Below, piece after piece: positions 1 through 10,603 of a DNA stretch of 64,000 nucleotides (its first letter is position 1; each line of letters opens with the position of its first letter). The notes under the pieces were generated by a model, which saw only the letters and a list, made by a program, of their open reading frames with translations, did no database searches and was not told the origin of the DNA. A program made the translations under genes and the position numbers. Origin of the DNA: an uncultured Chloroflexia bacterium (GTDB lineage: Bacteria; Chloroflexota; Limnocylindria; Limnocylindrales; CSP1-4); NCBI GenBank assembly GCA_963712745.1, contig CAVQJC010000005.1, forward strand, positions 160,001 to 224,000. The letters run 5' to 3'.

Positions 1-520
1 TGGCCGTGACCTTCTGGACCGTGGGGTCGTCCTCCAGCTTGAGGTAGCGGCAGGAAGGGATCTCCGTCGCGAGCCGGCCGATGAACGCGGGTGTCATGAA
101 CACGCCGGAGCTGGCGGGGAAGTCCTGCACCACGATGGGCACGTCGACCGCCTCGGCCAGGGTGGCGTAGTGCCGCTCCACCGCGACCTCGGCCGGCCGG
201 TTCATGCGCGGGGGCGCCACCAGCAGGCCGACCGCGCCTCGCCCCGCCGCATCCCGGGCGTGACGCACACAGGGGTCGGTCGCCTGCGCCGTGGCTCCCA
301 CCACCACGGGCACCCGCCCATCGGCCGCCTCGATGGTGACGTCGATGACGAGCGCGCGCTCCGCCTCTGACAGCTTGGCCGCCTCGCCCAGGAAACCGAG
401 GATGGTCAGTCCGTCCACCCCGGTGCCGATGACGAAGTCGGTCAGCCGCCGCAGGCTGGGCTCGTCGATGGCGCCCGACTCGTCGAAGGGCGTGGGCATG
501 ATGTTGTAGATGCCTTGCAT
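1..520 (-). CDS. Dihydrodipicolinate synthase (DapA/NanA) family protein; 5' part only, runs off the window edge
   Basis: My translation: MQGIYNIMPTPFDESGAIDEPSLRRLTDFVIGTGVDGLTILGFLGEAAKLS...VPVVVG...LLVAPP...PIVVQDFP...YLKLED. GGAG precedes ATG 520; alternative ATG at 532. Confidence 0.85.
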   Translation of the reverse strand, partial: MQGIYNIMPTPFDESGAIDEPSLRRLTDFVIGTGVDGLTILGFLGEAAKLSEAERALVIDVTIEAADGRVPVVVGATAQATDPCVRHARDAAGRGAVGLLVAPPRMNRPAEVAVERHYATLAEAVDVPIVVQDFPASSGVFMTPAFIGRLATEIPSCRYLKLEDDPTVQKVTA

Positions 521-534
521 GTCTTCTCCCATTG

Positions 535-2970
535 TCAGTCGGGCAGGATCGAGAGCAGCATGACCGGGCCGGGCTCCTGGTCGCCGTTGAGCACCAGGAA
601 GTCGGTGCGACCGTTCCTGTCGAAGTCGATGGCCAGGACGTCGTCGGCGTCGCCCTCGGAGGTCTGGGGGATCTTCATGGGCTTGAACTTCCTGCCGTTC
701 TGCTTGTTGAGGAGCAGGAAGTCCCGCTTGTTGACGCCGTTCCCGCCGCGCTGGACGTAGATGTCTGCCCGCTTGTCCTTGTTCACGTCCCCGACCGCGA
801 CCGCGACCGCGTCGCTCGTGCTGGCTTGGTAGATGACCTTGAAGCCCGCGTCGGTCTGCTTGCTCACGCGCAATCGGGTCGGGGTCAACTGGATGAGGTC
901 GGGCCGCTTGTCGCCGGTCACATCTGCGACGGCCACATCGATGTCCCCGATGCTCTTGATGCCCCGCTTGACCGTGCGGTCCACCAGGCGTCCCCCGTCG
1001 TTGCGATAGAGGCGGATACCCCTGCTGCGCCCATCGAGCGGCTCGGTCACGCAGTTGATGAGGTCCTCGTCGCCATCGCGATCGATGTCCCCCGACCACA
1101 GGCAACGACCGCCGACGGCCCTGTCCAGGCCCACTTGCGGCGCCGGGATGAAGCGGCCGCCCACGTTGCGGTAGAAGCGATTGCCGCGGGGCAGCCCATC
1201 GACGCGGCGGTTGGCGTTGGTGATATAGAGGTCGTCATCGCCATCGTCGTCGTAGTCGATGAAGGTGACCTGCCGACCCCGACCGAGCGGGTCGACCGCG
1301 CCGGCCGAGCCCCTGGCCACCGACGGTGCCGGGCCCGCCACGTTCATCGACAGCTCGTGGCGACCGGTGGCGGTGCCGTGCACCCTGCCGACGGTGCAGA
1401 AGACATCGGCCAGGCCATTCTTGTCGATATCCGCGGCATCACAGCCGTGCCGGTCGACCCCGGTGAACGCGGCACCGGGGCCTCGCGCCAGACCCGAGGC
1501 ACTGGCCAGCCACAGCTGCGGCAGGCCGAGGTGACGGGAGATCAGGATGTCACGCCAGCCGTTGCCGTCGAAGTCATGGACCAGGCCGCCCCAGGTGCTC
1601 GTCCTGGCAGGCAGGCCGAAGCCAGAGGCCACGTCCTTGACGCGCCACCCGGTGGGCGCCTTGGGGGCTCCGAAGCCCGGCGGCTTGGCGCCCGCGGGCT
1701 CGACCGTGCGGGCTTCCTGCTCCGCCACATCCTCGGGGTGGTCGGCATCGAGCCCCGCATCGCGGCGCTGCTTGACCCGGCTGACCGATACCTTGCGCTT
1801 GCTGCCCGAGAGCTCGACCAGGCAGGACTCCATGGCGAAGGTGGTGGAGCCGACCGAGCCGCCGGCCACCACGCTCTCTGGCCCGGCCGCCAGGGAGCGC
1901 AGCTCGGACGGCAGCCCGGATGGCGTGTCGAGCACGCGGAACTGCCAGGTTCCGCCGCTGCGGGTAGCTGTGAACCCGCGCACCTCGCGATCGCCGGCCG
2001 CGAGCTGGGCACCGGCGAGGTGGATGGTGCCCTCATCGTCGGTCGCGACGGCGCGAGCGATGAGGCTCCGCCCGTCGGCGAAGGGCACGTCCACGTTGCT
2101 CCACCGTTGGCCATCCCACTTCATGAGCAGGGGCAGGTAGCGGCCGCTGCCCTTGGGCAGGTGGTACCCGGTGGCCCAGCCGCGGTCGTCGGCGTCGAAG
2201 TGGACATCGGTCAGGACGGCCTCGCCGGCCCCCACCGCGCCGGGCGTGACCTGCTTCCAGCCGCTCGCGGTGCGACGCGCGATGTAGGGTCGCATCCACT
2301 TGCCGCTGCGCTGCCACCAGCCCACGGCCCAGACCGAGCCGGTGGCTGTGGCGTCGACCGCGGTCAGGGCCAATTCGCCGCTGGTCGGCGGGTCCAGGCG
2401 CTTCCAGCCCCCGCCGCGCTTGCGAAGCGCGGTGGCGCGCAGACGGCTCCCGTCGTTGCGCGCCCCAACGGCCCAGGTCCCGCCCTTGGTGTCCGCCGTG
2501 TCGGTCAGCGTGGAGCTGCCTCCGTGGAGCTTGTCCGAGACCATCGAGCCAGCGACGACCTTGGCGGTGGTGCCCACGACCGGGCTGTTGCGGTAGCCGC
2601 TGACGGCCAGCGTGCCGTCGGCGATGGGAGCACCGCCGGTGAACCCGGCTGCGTAGACGCGTGGCACGGCGACCCGCGCCCAGGCGCCCGAGTCCTTCCG
2701 GAAGACGAGCGGGCCCTTCTGGTGGTTGCCACCGAGCAGCCAGCGCGGGCCCCGGTCATCGGGCACGACGGCCAGGATGAAATCGGCGCCCGACTCGATG
2801 GGGAGCTTGATCTCCCGCCAGCCGTCCTGGCACTCGGCGGTCGCCGCGCTCGCGATCGAGGAGCCGAGCGGCAGCGGTAGCGACATCGGCCAGTCGATGG
2901 GCGATGCCGCCACCATCACCGCGAAGGCGGTTGCGATGGCAAGCGCGCGCGGTGAGGCGTATCGGTGCAA
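535..2970 (-). CDS. Secreted beta-propeller / FG-GAP (VCBS) repeat protein
   Basis: Signal peptide; WAVG-type repeats; repeated DxDxxGxxD Ca-binding motifs (DFDGNGWRD, DIDKNGLAD, DYDDDGDDD, DIDRDGDED, DVNKDKRAD); strong SD AAGGAGG before TTG. Confidence 0.85.
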   Translation of the reverse strand: MHRYASPRALAIATAFAVMVAASPIDWPMSLPLPLGSSIASAATAECQDGWREIKLPIESGADFILAVVPDDRGPRWLLGGNHQKGPLVFRKDSGAWARVAVPRVYAAGFTGGAPIADGTLAVSGYRNSPVVGTTAKVVAGSMVSDKLHGGSSTLTDTADTKGGTWAVGARNDGSRLRATALRKRGGGWKRLDPPTSGELALTAVDATATGSVWAVGWWQRSGKWMRPYIARRTASGWKQVTPGAVGAGEAVLTDVHFDADDRGWATGYHLPKGSGRYLPLLMKWDGQRWSNVDVPFADGRSLIARAVATDDEGTIHLAGAQLAAGDREVRGFTATRSGGTWQFRVLDTPSGLPSELRSLAAGPESVVAGGSVGSTTFAMESCLVELSGSKRKVSVSRVKQRRDAGLDADHPEDVAEQEARTVEPAGAKPPGFGAPKAPTGWRVKDVASGFGLPARTSTWGGLVHDFDGNGWRDILISRHLGLPQLWLASASGLARGPGAAFTGVDRHGCDAADIDKNGLADVFCTVGRVHGTATGRHELSMNVAGPAPSVARGSAGAVDPLGRGRQVTFIDYDDDGDDDLYITNANRRVDGLPRGNRFYRNVGGRFIPAPQVGLDRAVGGRCLWSGDIDRDGDEDLINCVTEPLDGRSRGIRLYRNDGGRLVDRTVKRGIKSIGDIDVAVADVTGDKRPDLIQLTPTRLRVSKQTDAGFKVIYQASTSDAVAVAVGDVNKDKRADIYVQRGGNGVNKRDFLLLNKQNGRKFKPMKIPQTSEGDADDVLAIDFDRNGRTDFLVLNGDQEPGPVMLLSILPD

Positions 2971-3120
2971 CGGGCGGGTCTCCCTCCTTGCGCGACGAGG
3001 CGCTCTGCATCCAACCTAGCACGCTCACCGGGAGTGCGGCGGCCGGCGCCCCGACAGTGGGGTGGCAACGCACCGAGAGTGCGGCAACGCACCGGGACGC
3101 CCGCTCGGCGCAGGCCGATG

Positions 3121-3888
3121 CTACGGGAGCGCGCGGATCATGCCGCCGTCGACGGGCACGATGGCGCCGGTGACGTAGGACGCGGCCGGTGAGAGCAGGA
3201 AGGCTGCCACCCGTCCGATCTCGGCGGGGTCGCCGTATCGACCCAGCGGGATCCTGGCTTCTGTCTGACGCTGGACCTCCTCGACGGTAACGTCGTCGGT
3301 CTCCGCCCGGCTGGTGTCCAGCTGGCGCACCCGGGCGGTCGCGAAGCGGCCCGGCGCCACCCCGTTGACGCGGATCGGCGCGATCTCGCTGGTGAGGCTC
3401 TTGATGAGGCCGGCCAGGCCCGGCCGGAGCACGTTGCTGGTGGTCAGCCCCGGGATGGGCTCGCGCACACTGGAGCTGAGGTTGATGACGATGGCGGGGG
3501 CATCCCCCTCGCGCAGGTGAGGCAGCGCGGCACGGATGAGTCGGAGCGTCGACTGCAGCGTGCCGGCAATGGCACGGGCCCACTCGTCCTCACCGAGAGA
3601 CTCGAACGTGCCGGCGGGCGGGCCACCGGAGTTGACCACGAGCAGGTCCAGGCCGCCGAGCTGGGCCACGGCGTCCGCGACTGCTGCAGCCGGGCCGTCA
3701 GGCGTGGACAGGTCGGCCACGACCGACCCTGCGCCGAGTTCGGTGGCCCGCGACTCGAGCGTCTCCGCGGTCCGCCCGGCAAGGACGAGTCGAGCGCCTT
3801 CCGCCGCCAGCACGCCGGCGATGCCAGCACCGATGCCGGAGCTGCCGCCTCCCACGAGTCCACGCTTGCCACTCAGCCCCAGGTCCAC
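3121..3888 (-). CDS. SDR family oxidoreductase
   Basis: VGGGSSGIG Rossmann motif, LVVNSGGP, RVNGVAPG, YVTG...VDGG. Confidence 0.9.
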   Translation of the reverse strand: MDLGLSGKRGLVGGGSSGIGAGIAGVLAAEGARLVLAGRTAETLESRATELGAGSVVADLSTPDGPAAAVADAVAQLGGLDLLVVNSGGPPAGTFESLGEDEWARAIAGTLQSTLRLIRAALPHLREGDAPAIVINLSSSVREPIPGLTTSNVLRPGLAGLIKSLTSEIAPIRVNGVAPGRFATARVRQLDTSRAETDDVTVEEVQRQTEARIPLGRYGDPAEIGRVAAFLLSPAASYVTGAIVPVDGGMIRALP

Positions 3889-4248
3889 GTTGCCACTCCC
3901 CTGCTCGATGCGGTGTCAGGAGCCAGAGTAGCGGCTGCCCCGGTCAGGCCGAAGAAGGACCCGATGCCGCCTCGAATCACGACCATGGCCGACCGGACCA
4001 GGCGGCGCCCGCGAACCATGAGCAGGCCCACGCCTGCGTACTTGGTCTCGCGACGGATGCGCGTCGATTCGTCGAGACCCAGCTCGGGTCGAACGCCAAG
4101 CAACGAAGAGCTGGCGACCTCCATCAGTCGCGTGATCGTCCAGAACCAGCTACGGGCGCGCCGGAAGCCGCGCAGGCCGCGGTGGAAGTCTCCGCTTGGC
4201 GAGTGGGCCAATGCCTCATCAGGTGGCAGCCGGTCTTGCGTAGTCCAC
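3873..4248 (-). CDS. Small hypothetical protein, possibly frameshifted near the start
   Basis: 112-aa ORF (3873-4211); GTG at 4248 joins it if one extra G is removed; no recognised domain. Confidence 0.3.
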
Positions 4249-4343
4249 GGGGCTAGACTCGGTGAGACACGAAGCGACGAGGCTGGACGAGGTCCCGGAC
4301 ATCGCCGACAACATCGGCCAGGACGGGGGCTCTTCGATGGAGG

Positions 4344-5006
4344 TTGGTCGATCAGATGCGTGGAAGAAGCGTGGCGCTCACGTTCGATGCCGAGTCAGGC
4401 GCTAACCGACCCACGCACAGCGTGCGAGAGCGAGGATGGGCGGCAATCCTCGACACGTTGAGTCAGGCCGGCGTCCCCGCGACTTTCTTCCTTCAGGTGG
4501 ACTGGGCATGTCAGCACCCTGGACTTGCCCGACGCACCGCGGCAGAAGGGCATCTCATCGGGAACCACACGCTCAACCACCTCCCACTCGGAGACCAGCC
4601 CGAGCACCTCACCGATCAGATCGAGACAGCAGCCGCGATCATCCGGGACTTGCTCCCCGGCGTGGACTCGCACCCTTGGTTCCGGCTTCCCTACTTCAAC
4701 GGCCGCAGGTCTACCCCTGTCCGTCAGGCGATCGCGGCGCTCGGATGGGAGCACATCGGCTGCAATTGCGACGCCTCCGACTGGGACCCTGCTACCTCTA
4801 CCCCAGACAAGGCCGTCGCGAACGTTCTTGCCGACTACGCGAATCTCGGGCCCGGACCGGAGGTCCCGGCGGTGGTGATGTTCCATACTTGGCCGCACCC
4901 GACCCCTGCCGCCGTCGCCGCCTTGATCTCCACGCTACGCGAAGAAGGCGCGGTGTTCGTCAGGATCGATGAGCTAGCGGAGGAACAACGCGCTCAGGTC
5001 TACTGA
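4344..5006 (+). CDS. Polysaccharide deacetylase (CE4/NodB homology)
   Basis: ALTFDAE, ATFF, IGNHTLNH, FRLPYF, DASDW and VMFH motifs. Confidence 0.85.
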   Translation: MVDQMRGRSVALTFDAESGANRPTHSVRERGWAAILDTLSQAGVPATFFLQVDWACQHPGLARRTAAEGHLIGNHTLNHLPLGDQPEHLTDQIETAAAIIRDLLPGVDSHPWFRLPYFNGRRSTPVRQAIAALGWEHIGCNCDASDWDPATSTPDKAVANVLADYANLGPGPEVPAVVMFHTWPHPTPAAVAALISTLREEGAVFVRIDELAEEQRAQVY

Positions 5007-5049
5007 CATGGACCGCTTGCTCGAGCGGCAGAGCTACTTCCGCCGGACG

Positions 5050-6072
5050 TCATGAAAGACCGCTGAGTACGAGTTCAAGGTGTCCCGGGTCAACAGCTAC
5101 CGCGTCTCCGAAGGGATAGCCGTCATACGCGTACTCGTATACCAGCATCGAGTACCGATGCTTCATCAGTCTGCACAAAGCGATCGCAGAAGGGCTGATG
5201 AACCGAGGGGAGAAGCACTCGATGACCGACCCGCCTGACGGCATGAACAGCGTGTGCACGAAGGCAGCCCCGTGCGTTCCCGCAAGTGCGGTCGCGCCAG
5301 AAGTGAGACCGATCTGCTGCTCGAACGGGAGCGCCGCGAGATCGATGATCTGGAAGCCATGCCGTTCCAGGATTTCGGCTATTTCGTCGCGGTTCGCCAG
5401 GAGCCTCCCGGCGCTCGTGGACGCCTGGCGATCCATCCAGATCCGTTTCGGGCCGCCATCAGCTACGGAACCGGACTTCTCCAGCATGTGTGATCGGAGG
5501 GCACGAAACGTGTCCGGATGCTCCAGCGCACGCCTCCCGGCGAAGGCCGGGCCGTAGGAAACGCTGTGATAGCGAGTGGGCAGGTTCATGGGATCGACGA
5601 TCCGCTCGCGAGAGATGCCCAGCATGGCCAAGGACGGATAGGCGAATGGCGGAGGGTCATTGACCACGTAGCACCCTTCGAACCCCGATTGCTCCATCAC
5701 ATACGCGCGCGTCAGGCTCTCGGTGACCCAGATGAAGAAGTTCGTGTGCCAGAGGTTCGAGAGGATGCAGACGTCTCGGTCATCCACCACCGTCTCGAAT
5801 GGGATCTTGAAGGGCTCGGCCATGCCGAAGAAGTCGTGCTTCAGCAGATACTCGAGACTCCAGGAGTAGGTCACGTTCTCCAGCGGAACCTCGTGATCCC
5901 CGACCAGATGCATCCCCAGATCCGGGAGATAGAGCACGTCCGACGCGCGGCCTACTCGGATCCGGTCGTGGCCGACACGGAGCTCTGTGACCCCGTTGAC
6001 AGGCTCCAATTCGCGGCCATCGAAGATAGAAACGCTCTCGAGCGCGTCGAACCTCACGGTGCTGGTGGGCAT
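5050..6072 (-). CDS. Glycosyltransferase family 61 (DUF563)
   Basis: NFFIWVTESL, R-LANRDEI, LPFEQQI, GTHGAAFVHTLFM, VIECFSP. Confidence 0.85.
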   Translation of the reverse strand: MPTSTVRFDALESVSIFDGRELEPVNGVTELRVGHDRIRVGRASDVLYLPDLGMHLVGDHEVPLENVTYSWSLEYLLKHDFFGMAEPFKIPFETVVDDRDVCILSNLWHTNFFIWVTESLTRAYVMEQSGFEGCYVVNDPPPFAYPSLAMLGISRERIVDPMNLPTRYHSVSYGPAFAGRRALEHPDTFRALRSHMLEKSGSVADGGPKRIWMDRQASTSAGRLLANRDEIAEILERHGFQIIDLAALPFEQQIGLTSGATALAGTHGAAFVHTLFMPSGGSVIECFSPRFISPSAIALCRLMKHRYSMLVYEYAYDGYPFGDAVAVDPGHLELVLSGLS

Positions 6073-6276
6073 GTAGGTCGCTCCGAAGGAGTAGCGGGAG
6101 TTACGCGTGGTAGCGGCCCAGGGGCCTGCTCCGTCTCGAGAACGTTCGCGACGAGACAGGTCGCACGAAGCGATCAGTAGGATAGCGCTACGAGAGTCCC
6201 ACGTTGCCTGGTGCTGGCGATAGCGCTGTACCGTCAGCCAGCAGCGGTCGAGTCAGGCGGCTTGCCGTGCATCCGC

Positions 6277-6963
6277 CTAGCCTGTGGAATCAGTCCGGGA
6301 AACCGCGCGGGGGCCCCGCGACCAGTCCTTGGGCTGCGCCTCAAGGTAGGGCTCGCCCTCGAAGTCGGGCAGGAACCTGGTGTCGATCTCCTTCACGAAC
6401 GCACGCAGCTTGGACTCGTCCCGGATAGGGCGGAAGCCGGGTTGGTGGCTCAGCAACTCGACAAGTTCCCGCAGCGAGTACAAGTGGACATCGTCGATCA
6501 GCAACACGCCACCCTGGCGCAACAACGCGTTCAGGTAGCAGAAGTCGACGAATACCGTGGGCCAGCCCCGGCCGCCATCCATAAGCGCGACGTCGAATCT
6601 CCGGTGCAGCAGGTTGGGCAGGGAAAGCTCAGAGCGCGCACCGATGAACTGCCATCGCCCAAGGTCTAGCCCGCGCTGATCGATCTGGTCGGCGATGCGT
6701 GACCCCAGCGCCAAGTCCGGCGAGACGGATACTACGTGCCAACCCATCTCGAGGAATCCCAGCGTCGTGAGTCCCGCCCCGGTCTCGATGACAGTGACCT
6801 CATTGCGGCCGACCATCCGCGATACGAGGTCGAGCATCGGCCCGAGAAGGTCCTGACATCCACCGGGATAGGTGTGGCCATCCATTCCGCCATGCAGGAA
6901 CGGGGGATCCGTGAGCAGCGCCACGACACGCTCCGGTAGATCCGCTGCCTCCTTCAGGTTCAC
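6277..6963 (-). CDS. Class I SAM-dependent methyltransferase (Methyltransf_24-like)
   Basis: VIETGAGLTT, DVALMDGG, LRQGGVLLIDD; paralog of 14581-15237. Confidence 0.8.
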   Translation of the reverse strand: MNLKEAADLPERVVALLTDPPFLHGGMDGHTYPGGCQDLLGPMLDLVSRMVGRNEVTVIETGAGLTTLGFLEMGWHVVSVSPDLALGSRIADQIDQRGLDLGRWQFIGARSELSLPNLLHRRFDVALMDGGRGWPTVFVDFCYLNALLRQGGVLLIDDVHLYSLRELVELLSHQPGFRPIRDESKLRAFVKEIDTRFLPDFEGEPYLEAQPKDWSRGPRAVSRTDSTG

Positions 6964-8864
6964 CGATCGCCCTCCACGGTGGACGGGGTCGCGTCGAACC
7001 CGGCGCCATGCTCTCTGATCAGGCCCAACTCTGCCAACTGCGAGGTCCCCTCGTATCTCTGGGACCCCTCGTGGTACGCGGACACGGCTGGATCAGACCT
7101 CAGCACGTCCCAGTAGACCGCATACTCGGAGGCATCTTGCCAGTGCTGCTTCCTGCTGACCTCCTCCTGCGCGCGCTGGTACAGGTCGGCCATCAGCTTG
7201 AAGTGGAGCAGAACCCCCGTGGTGGGTGCCTGTACGACCCCAGGTTGATTGTGGATGGACTCGATAGAGAGGCCTTTCCGCCACCTGATCAACGGGAATT
7301 TGGTCAGCCACGGTGACGTTGCCGCTGGAGCCCGGCCCCTCCAGAATAGGCGAAACCTTGGACCGCCACGGCTTGGCACTCCCCATCCGTCACGCATCCA
7401 ATAGGTGTCCGCGTCGAAGAAGGGGGCCGCCGCGATGAGAGGTTGCCCCCTCTGGTAGGCCGTGTCACGGATGGGGCGATCGGCGTACATGTCCAGCATG
7501 AACGATCTCACCGTCTCCGCGCCGACCCGATCGAAGCGCGCAGTCAGGGTCTGCAAGTCGAGGTTCTCCGAGTCCGGGTACGTGAAGAGCTCGTCCGCAT
7601 CCAGGATCAGCGCCCAGTGTCCCAGAGCATGGGTGTCCAAGATCTCGTTGATCCACGCGACGCCGTAGCGAGCCGCTGCGTAGCTTTGGTCGGTGGTGAA
7701 GACATGGACGTCCGGCTGGCCAAGGAGGAAGGCGGTGGAACCATCCGTGGAGCCGTTGTCCACGATGAAGAAGCGCTCCACGCCGAGCTCACGGTGATGG
7801 TCCAGGAAATGCGGCAGGCGCAGGTTCTCGTTCCTGACGCAAGCGACACCGAGGATCGCAGCCGGGTGGGGAGCCGTGGGAGGCCCCCCGACGAAACGCA
7901 ACTCCGATCGGGTACGGATCACACCCGGCGTCGGTCGAGCGGCTGGATCACCCGCGAGGGCTCCCAGCAGGCTATCCCTGAGCTCGTGGACCCGCGACCG
8001 GGCGGCGTCAGCACGTGCCCGTGCTTCGCCCCGCGCCCCAGGTGACCGACACCAGTCGAACGCCTCCTGGAGATCGGCGTCGTTCAGCGACGCGGCGTTG
8101 AGCAGGATGGGCCACCCAAGTACCTCTGCCTGGCGTGTGATCTTGGCACCACCAGCTATGGGGTCGACCGCGATGACCGGGACTCCGTTCTTGAGCGCGA
8201 GCACCATCCCGTGCAGTCGCGTAGAGATGACGAGGTCCATCCGCGCGATGACCAATTCGACCTCCGCAGCGGAACGGAGCCCTGAGTCATTCCGGTCCAG
8301 GCGCGTGTCTATCTTCACCACTGCCATCTGTCGGGCCTGGACGAGGCGCTCGATCGCCGCGTTTGCCCATTCGTGTCGCGCTCGATCACCGTACTCGAGC
8401 TGCGGCTCTACGAGCACCAATCCGACTACCGGCACCTTGGGTTGTCCGCTGACGATGGAGATATCCGGGTCGGCGTTGAAGTCACTGTCCCGCTCCAGCA
8501 AGACGTCGAACGGGTTCCAGAATCCGAGCGGCTTCATCATGGTCAGGTTGATGCCGATCTTCTGGCAGTCCCCAAACCTCTCCAGCACGTCGAGGGCGTC
8601 CGCATTGTCGGAGAAGGGACCGCAGACGAAGACCAGGTCTGAATAGTCCGACGGAACTACCGACTGCCAGTCAACCCCTCCGTCGAACGGCTCCGCAAGT
8701 GCCACATCGAACGAGTAGCCAGCGTCTGACAGCCACTGGCAGACCACGTCCTTGGCCATGAGATCGCCAGCCGTCGCGCCGCGGTATGCATAGCTGAACC
8801 AACCGACGACGAGCACGCGCGAACCCGTCGCGTCTCCGGGTGTGTCGGGTCCGCCCGCGTTCAA
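6960..8864 (-). CDS. Polysaccharide pyruvyltransferase-like + GT2-like (Glyco_tranf_2_4) fusion
   Basis: N-half ATAGD...ISTRLHGMVLALKNGVPVIAV; C-half CVRNE, IVDNGSTDGS, WALILDADE, LLHFKL. TTG at 8864 overlaps the upstream TGA. Confidence 0.8.
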   Translation of the reverse strand: MNAGGPDTPGDATGSRVLVVGWFSYAYRGATAGDLMAKDVVCQWLSDAGYSFDVALAEPFDGGVDWQSVVPSDYSDLVFVCGPFSDNADALDVLERFGDCQKIGINLTMMKPLGFWNPFDVLLERDSDFNADPDISIVSGQPKVPVVGLVLVEPQLEYGDRARHEWANAAIERLVQARQMAVVKIDTRLDRNDSGLRSAAEVELVIARMDLVISTRLHGMVLALKNGVPVIAVDPIAGGAKITRQAEVLGWPILLNAASLNDADLQEAFDWCRSPGARGEARARADAARSRVHELRDSLLGALAGDPAARPTPGVIRTRSELRFVGGPPTAPHPAAILGVACVRNENLRLPHFLDHHRELGVERFFIVDNGSTDGSTAFLLGQPDVHVFTTDQSYAAARYGVAWINEILDTHALGHWALILDADELFTYPDSENLDLQTLTARFDRVGAETVRSFMLDMYADRPIRDTAYQRGQPLIAAAPFFDADTYWMRDGWGVPSRGGPRFRLFWRGRAPAATSPWLTKFPLIRWRKGLSIESIHNQPGVVQAPTTGVLLHFKLMADLYQRAQEEVSRKQHWQDASEYAVYWDVLRSDPAVSAYHEGSQRYEGTSQLAELGLIREHGAGFDATPSTVEGDR

Positions 8865-10603
8865 CCCATCACCATCGATAGGAACTCCGGGAGCTGATCC
8901 AGGTCCACGGAGTAGTCCGAGCGGCCAGGAAGGTCGCTCCTGCGGTGCGTCGTTGGGCATGGCAGGACGACGACCCGGTGCCCCAGCACTCGCGATACCT
9001 CGGCGTACCAGTCGCCGTTCTGGATCGGCGTGAGGTGACCGTCGTCGTCCACTGGAACACCGGGGGTGAGGTAGCCGACACGCGCGCCTCGGCGAGCAAA
9101 GAGCGTAAGCAGAAGTGCTGAACCGTCCGGGCCTATGATGACGTCTGCAGCGCGTATCGCCCCGAGCTGCTCGGCGAAGGTCAACGTCTCTGGGGCAACG
9201 ATCGTGAAGCCGCGCTCTTCGAACCACGCCTCCACCTGCAGCTGGTTGCCGAGATGCCGCCACTGGCTGGCAGCTCCGCGCGCGAGGTACAGCAGCCGCG
9301 GCCCCACCTGCGGCACAGCCCGTCCGGCTCGAGCGAACGCGTCCGTGTAGACACCGGCGAATGTCTCCGCGTCCACCGCAAGTCCATCGCTCAGATACTT
9401 GCCTCCATGGATGACGCCTGACGGGATGTGCACCGGCATGGATGCAGTCCACAATCGATGGACCAACACACGTTCGCCGACATCCAGCGTCACGATCTGC
9501 CGAGATGCTCCCGCGAACATCTCGACGGCTTGTCGGTGCTGGGGAGGCATGACTCGGTCGACGAGTATCGGGATGGCAGCGAAGCTGGGATCAGGAAGCC
9601 AGGCGAGCAGCCGAGGGAGGAACTGGAGCATCCAGTCGCCGAACGCGTGCGTGTGGAGTCCCACCAACGGCATCGCCGATGCCACTGCCCGCATCCCATC
9701 TGGCGACAACGACGGCATCAAGACCGTGTCGTCGGTGGCAGCGAGAACCATCGGATCCACATCCAGACGGACCGGCACCTCCTTCAACTCCTGCCGCGTG
9801 ACATCGAGCAAGGCCTCTGATCCGCAGACGATGAAGTCGGACTTGCCGGCCACGACGCCATCGCCGAGGACCGTGGCGAAGAATGAGCGGGTAACGCGTG
9901 GGCGAGCCGGCGGACGGTGACCTGTCACCATCAGGGGCGGCCGCACTCGCACAGTACGGGTTCCGGACAACTCACGGAATGGCAGGGCGTGCTCGCGCAA
10001 GTACTCGTCGAGTGGGCGCAGCGGACATGCCGTGACGGATGGTGGCACTCCGGCGTGTGAGGTCGCAGCTAGCGTCACGGCGGCGCCTTCCGGCCCCAGG
10101 CGCTCGGAAAGGCTCGCCTTCCACGCCTGGATCTCGTACGGCGCGGGGATGCCGGCATCATCTACTGACTTGATCTTGGCGGGCGCATACGCGAAACGCA
10201 GTGGTGGGGGAAGTCCCTTCAGGAACTCATCGAACGACCCTGGACGCATCGCGTCCAGCAGCGAATAGCAGACATACGCCCGATCGTGGGCGCCAGTAGA
10301 CAGGAAGTGGCGCCCAAGCGGGTGCAGGACGGCGGGAACAGTTACATGCAGGTCGTACGCAGCCTCGTGCAGCTTCGCCGAACCCGCCTCATCCCCCGCG
10401 GCCTCCAGTCGGCGAGCATCCACGACCAGTCGGAGGGCCTGGCGCACCGCGCCGCCTTTCGAACCCAGGCGGGCCAGCGAGCCCTCTGCGGCGTCCAGGT
10501 CGTCCGCCTCGAGCGCAGCCATCGCCTCATCCAGTCCGTTGACCACATCACGGATGGACGTGGCGAAGGCGCGGCCGTCGCACCCGTCAGCCATCGCGCT
10601 CAC
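8861..10603 (-). CDS. Glycosyltransferase family 61 with helical (TPR-like) N-terminus
   Basis: HAFGDWMLQFLPRL, LYLARG, PETLTFAEQL, IGPDGSAL. Confidence 0.8.
   Translation of the reverse strand: MSAMADGCDGRAFATSIRDVVNGLDEAMAALEADDLDAAEGSLARLGSKGGAVRQALRLVVDARRLEAAGDEAGSAKLHEAAYDLHVTVPAVLHPLGRHFLSTGAHDRAYVCYSLLDAMRPGSFDEFLKGLPPPLRFAYAPAKIKSVDDAGIPAPYEIQAWKASLSERLGPEGAAVTLAATSHAGVPPSVTACPLRPLDEYLREHALPFRELSGTRTVRVRPPLMVTGHRPPARPRVTRSFFATVLGDGVVAGKSDFIVCGSEALLDVTRQELKEVPVRLDVDPMVLAATDDTVLMPSLSPDGMRAVASAMPLVGLHTHAFGDWMLQFLPRLLAWLPDPSFAAIPILVDRVMPPQHRQAVEMFAGASRQIVTLDVGERVLVHRLWTASMPVHIPSGVIHGGKYLSDGLAVDAETFAGVYTDAFARAGRAVPQVGPRLLYLARGAASQWRHLGNQLQVEAWFEERGFTIVAPETLTFAEQLGAIRAADVIIGPDGSALLLTLFARRGARVGYLTPGVPVDDDGHLTPIQNGDWYAEVSRVLGHRVVVLPCPTTHRRSDLPGRSDYSVDLDQLPEFLSMVMG

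Noticed and set aside
532-2880. 782-aa plus-strand ORF
   Set aside because: Antisense shadow of the FG-GAP protein; no motifs; expected in high-GC DNA.
8865-9452. Long N-terminal extensions in the ORF track (also 12335-12838, 14520-14855, 32036-32368, 54437-54985)
   Set aside because: They overlap real upstream genes or intergenic DNA; homology-like sequence starts at downstream start codons.
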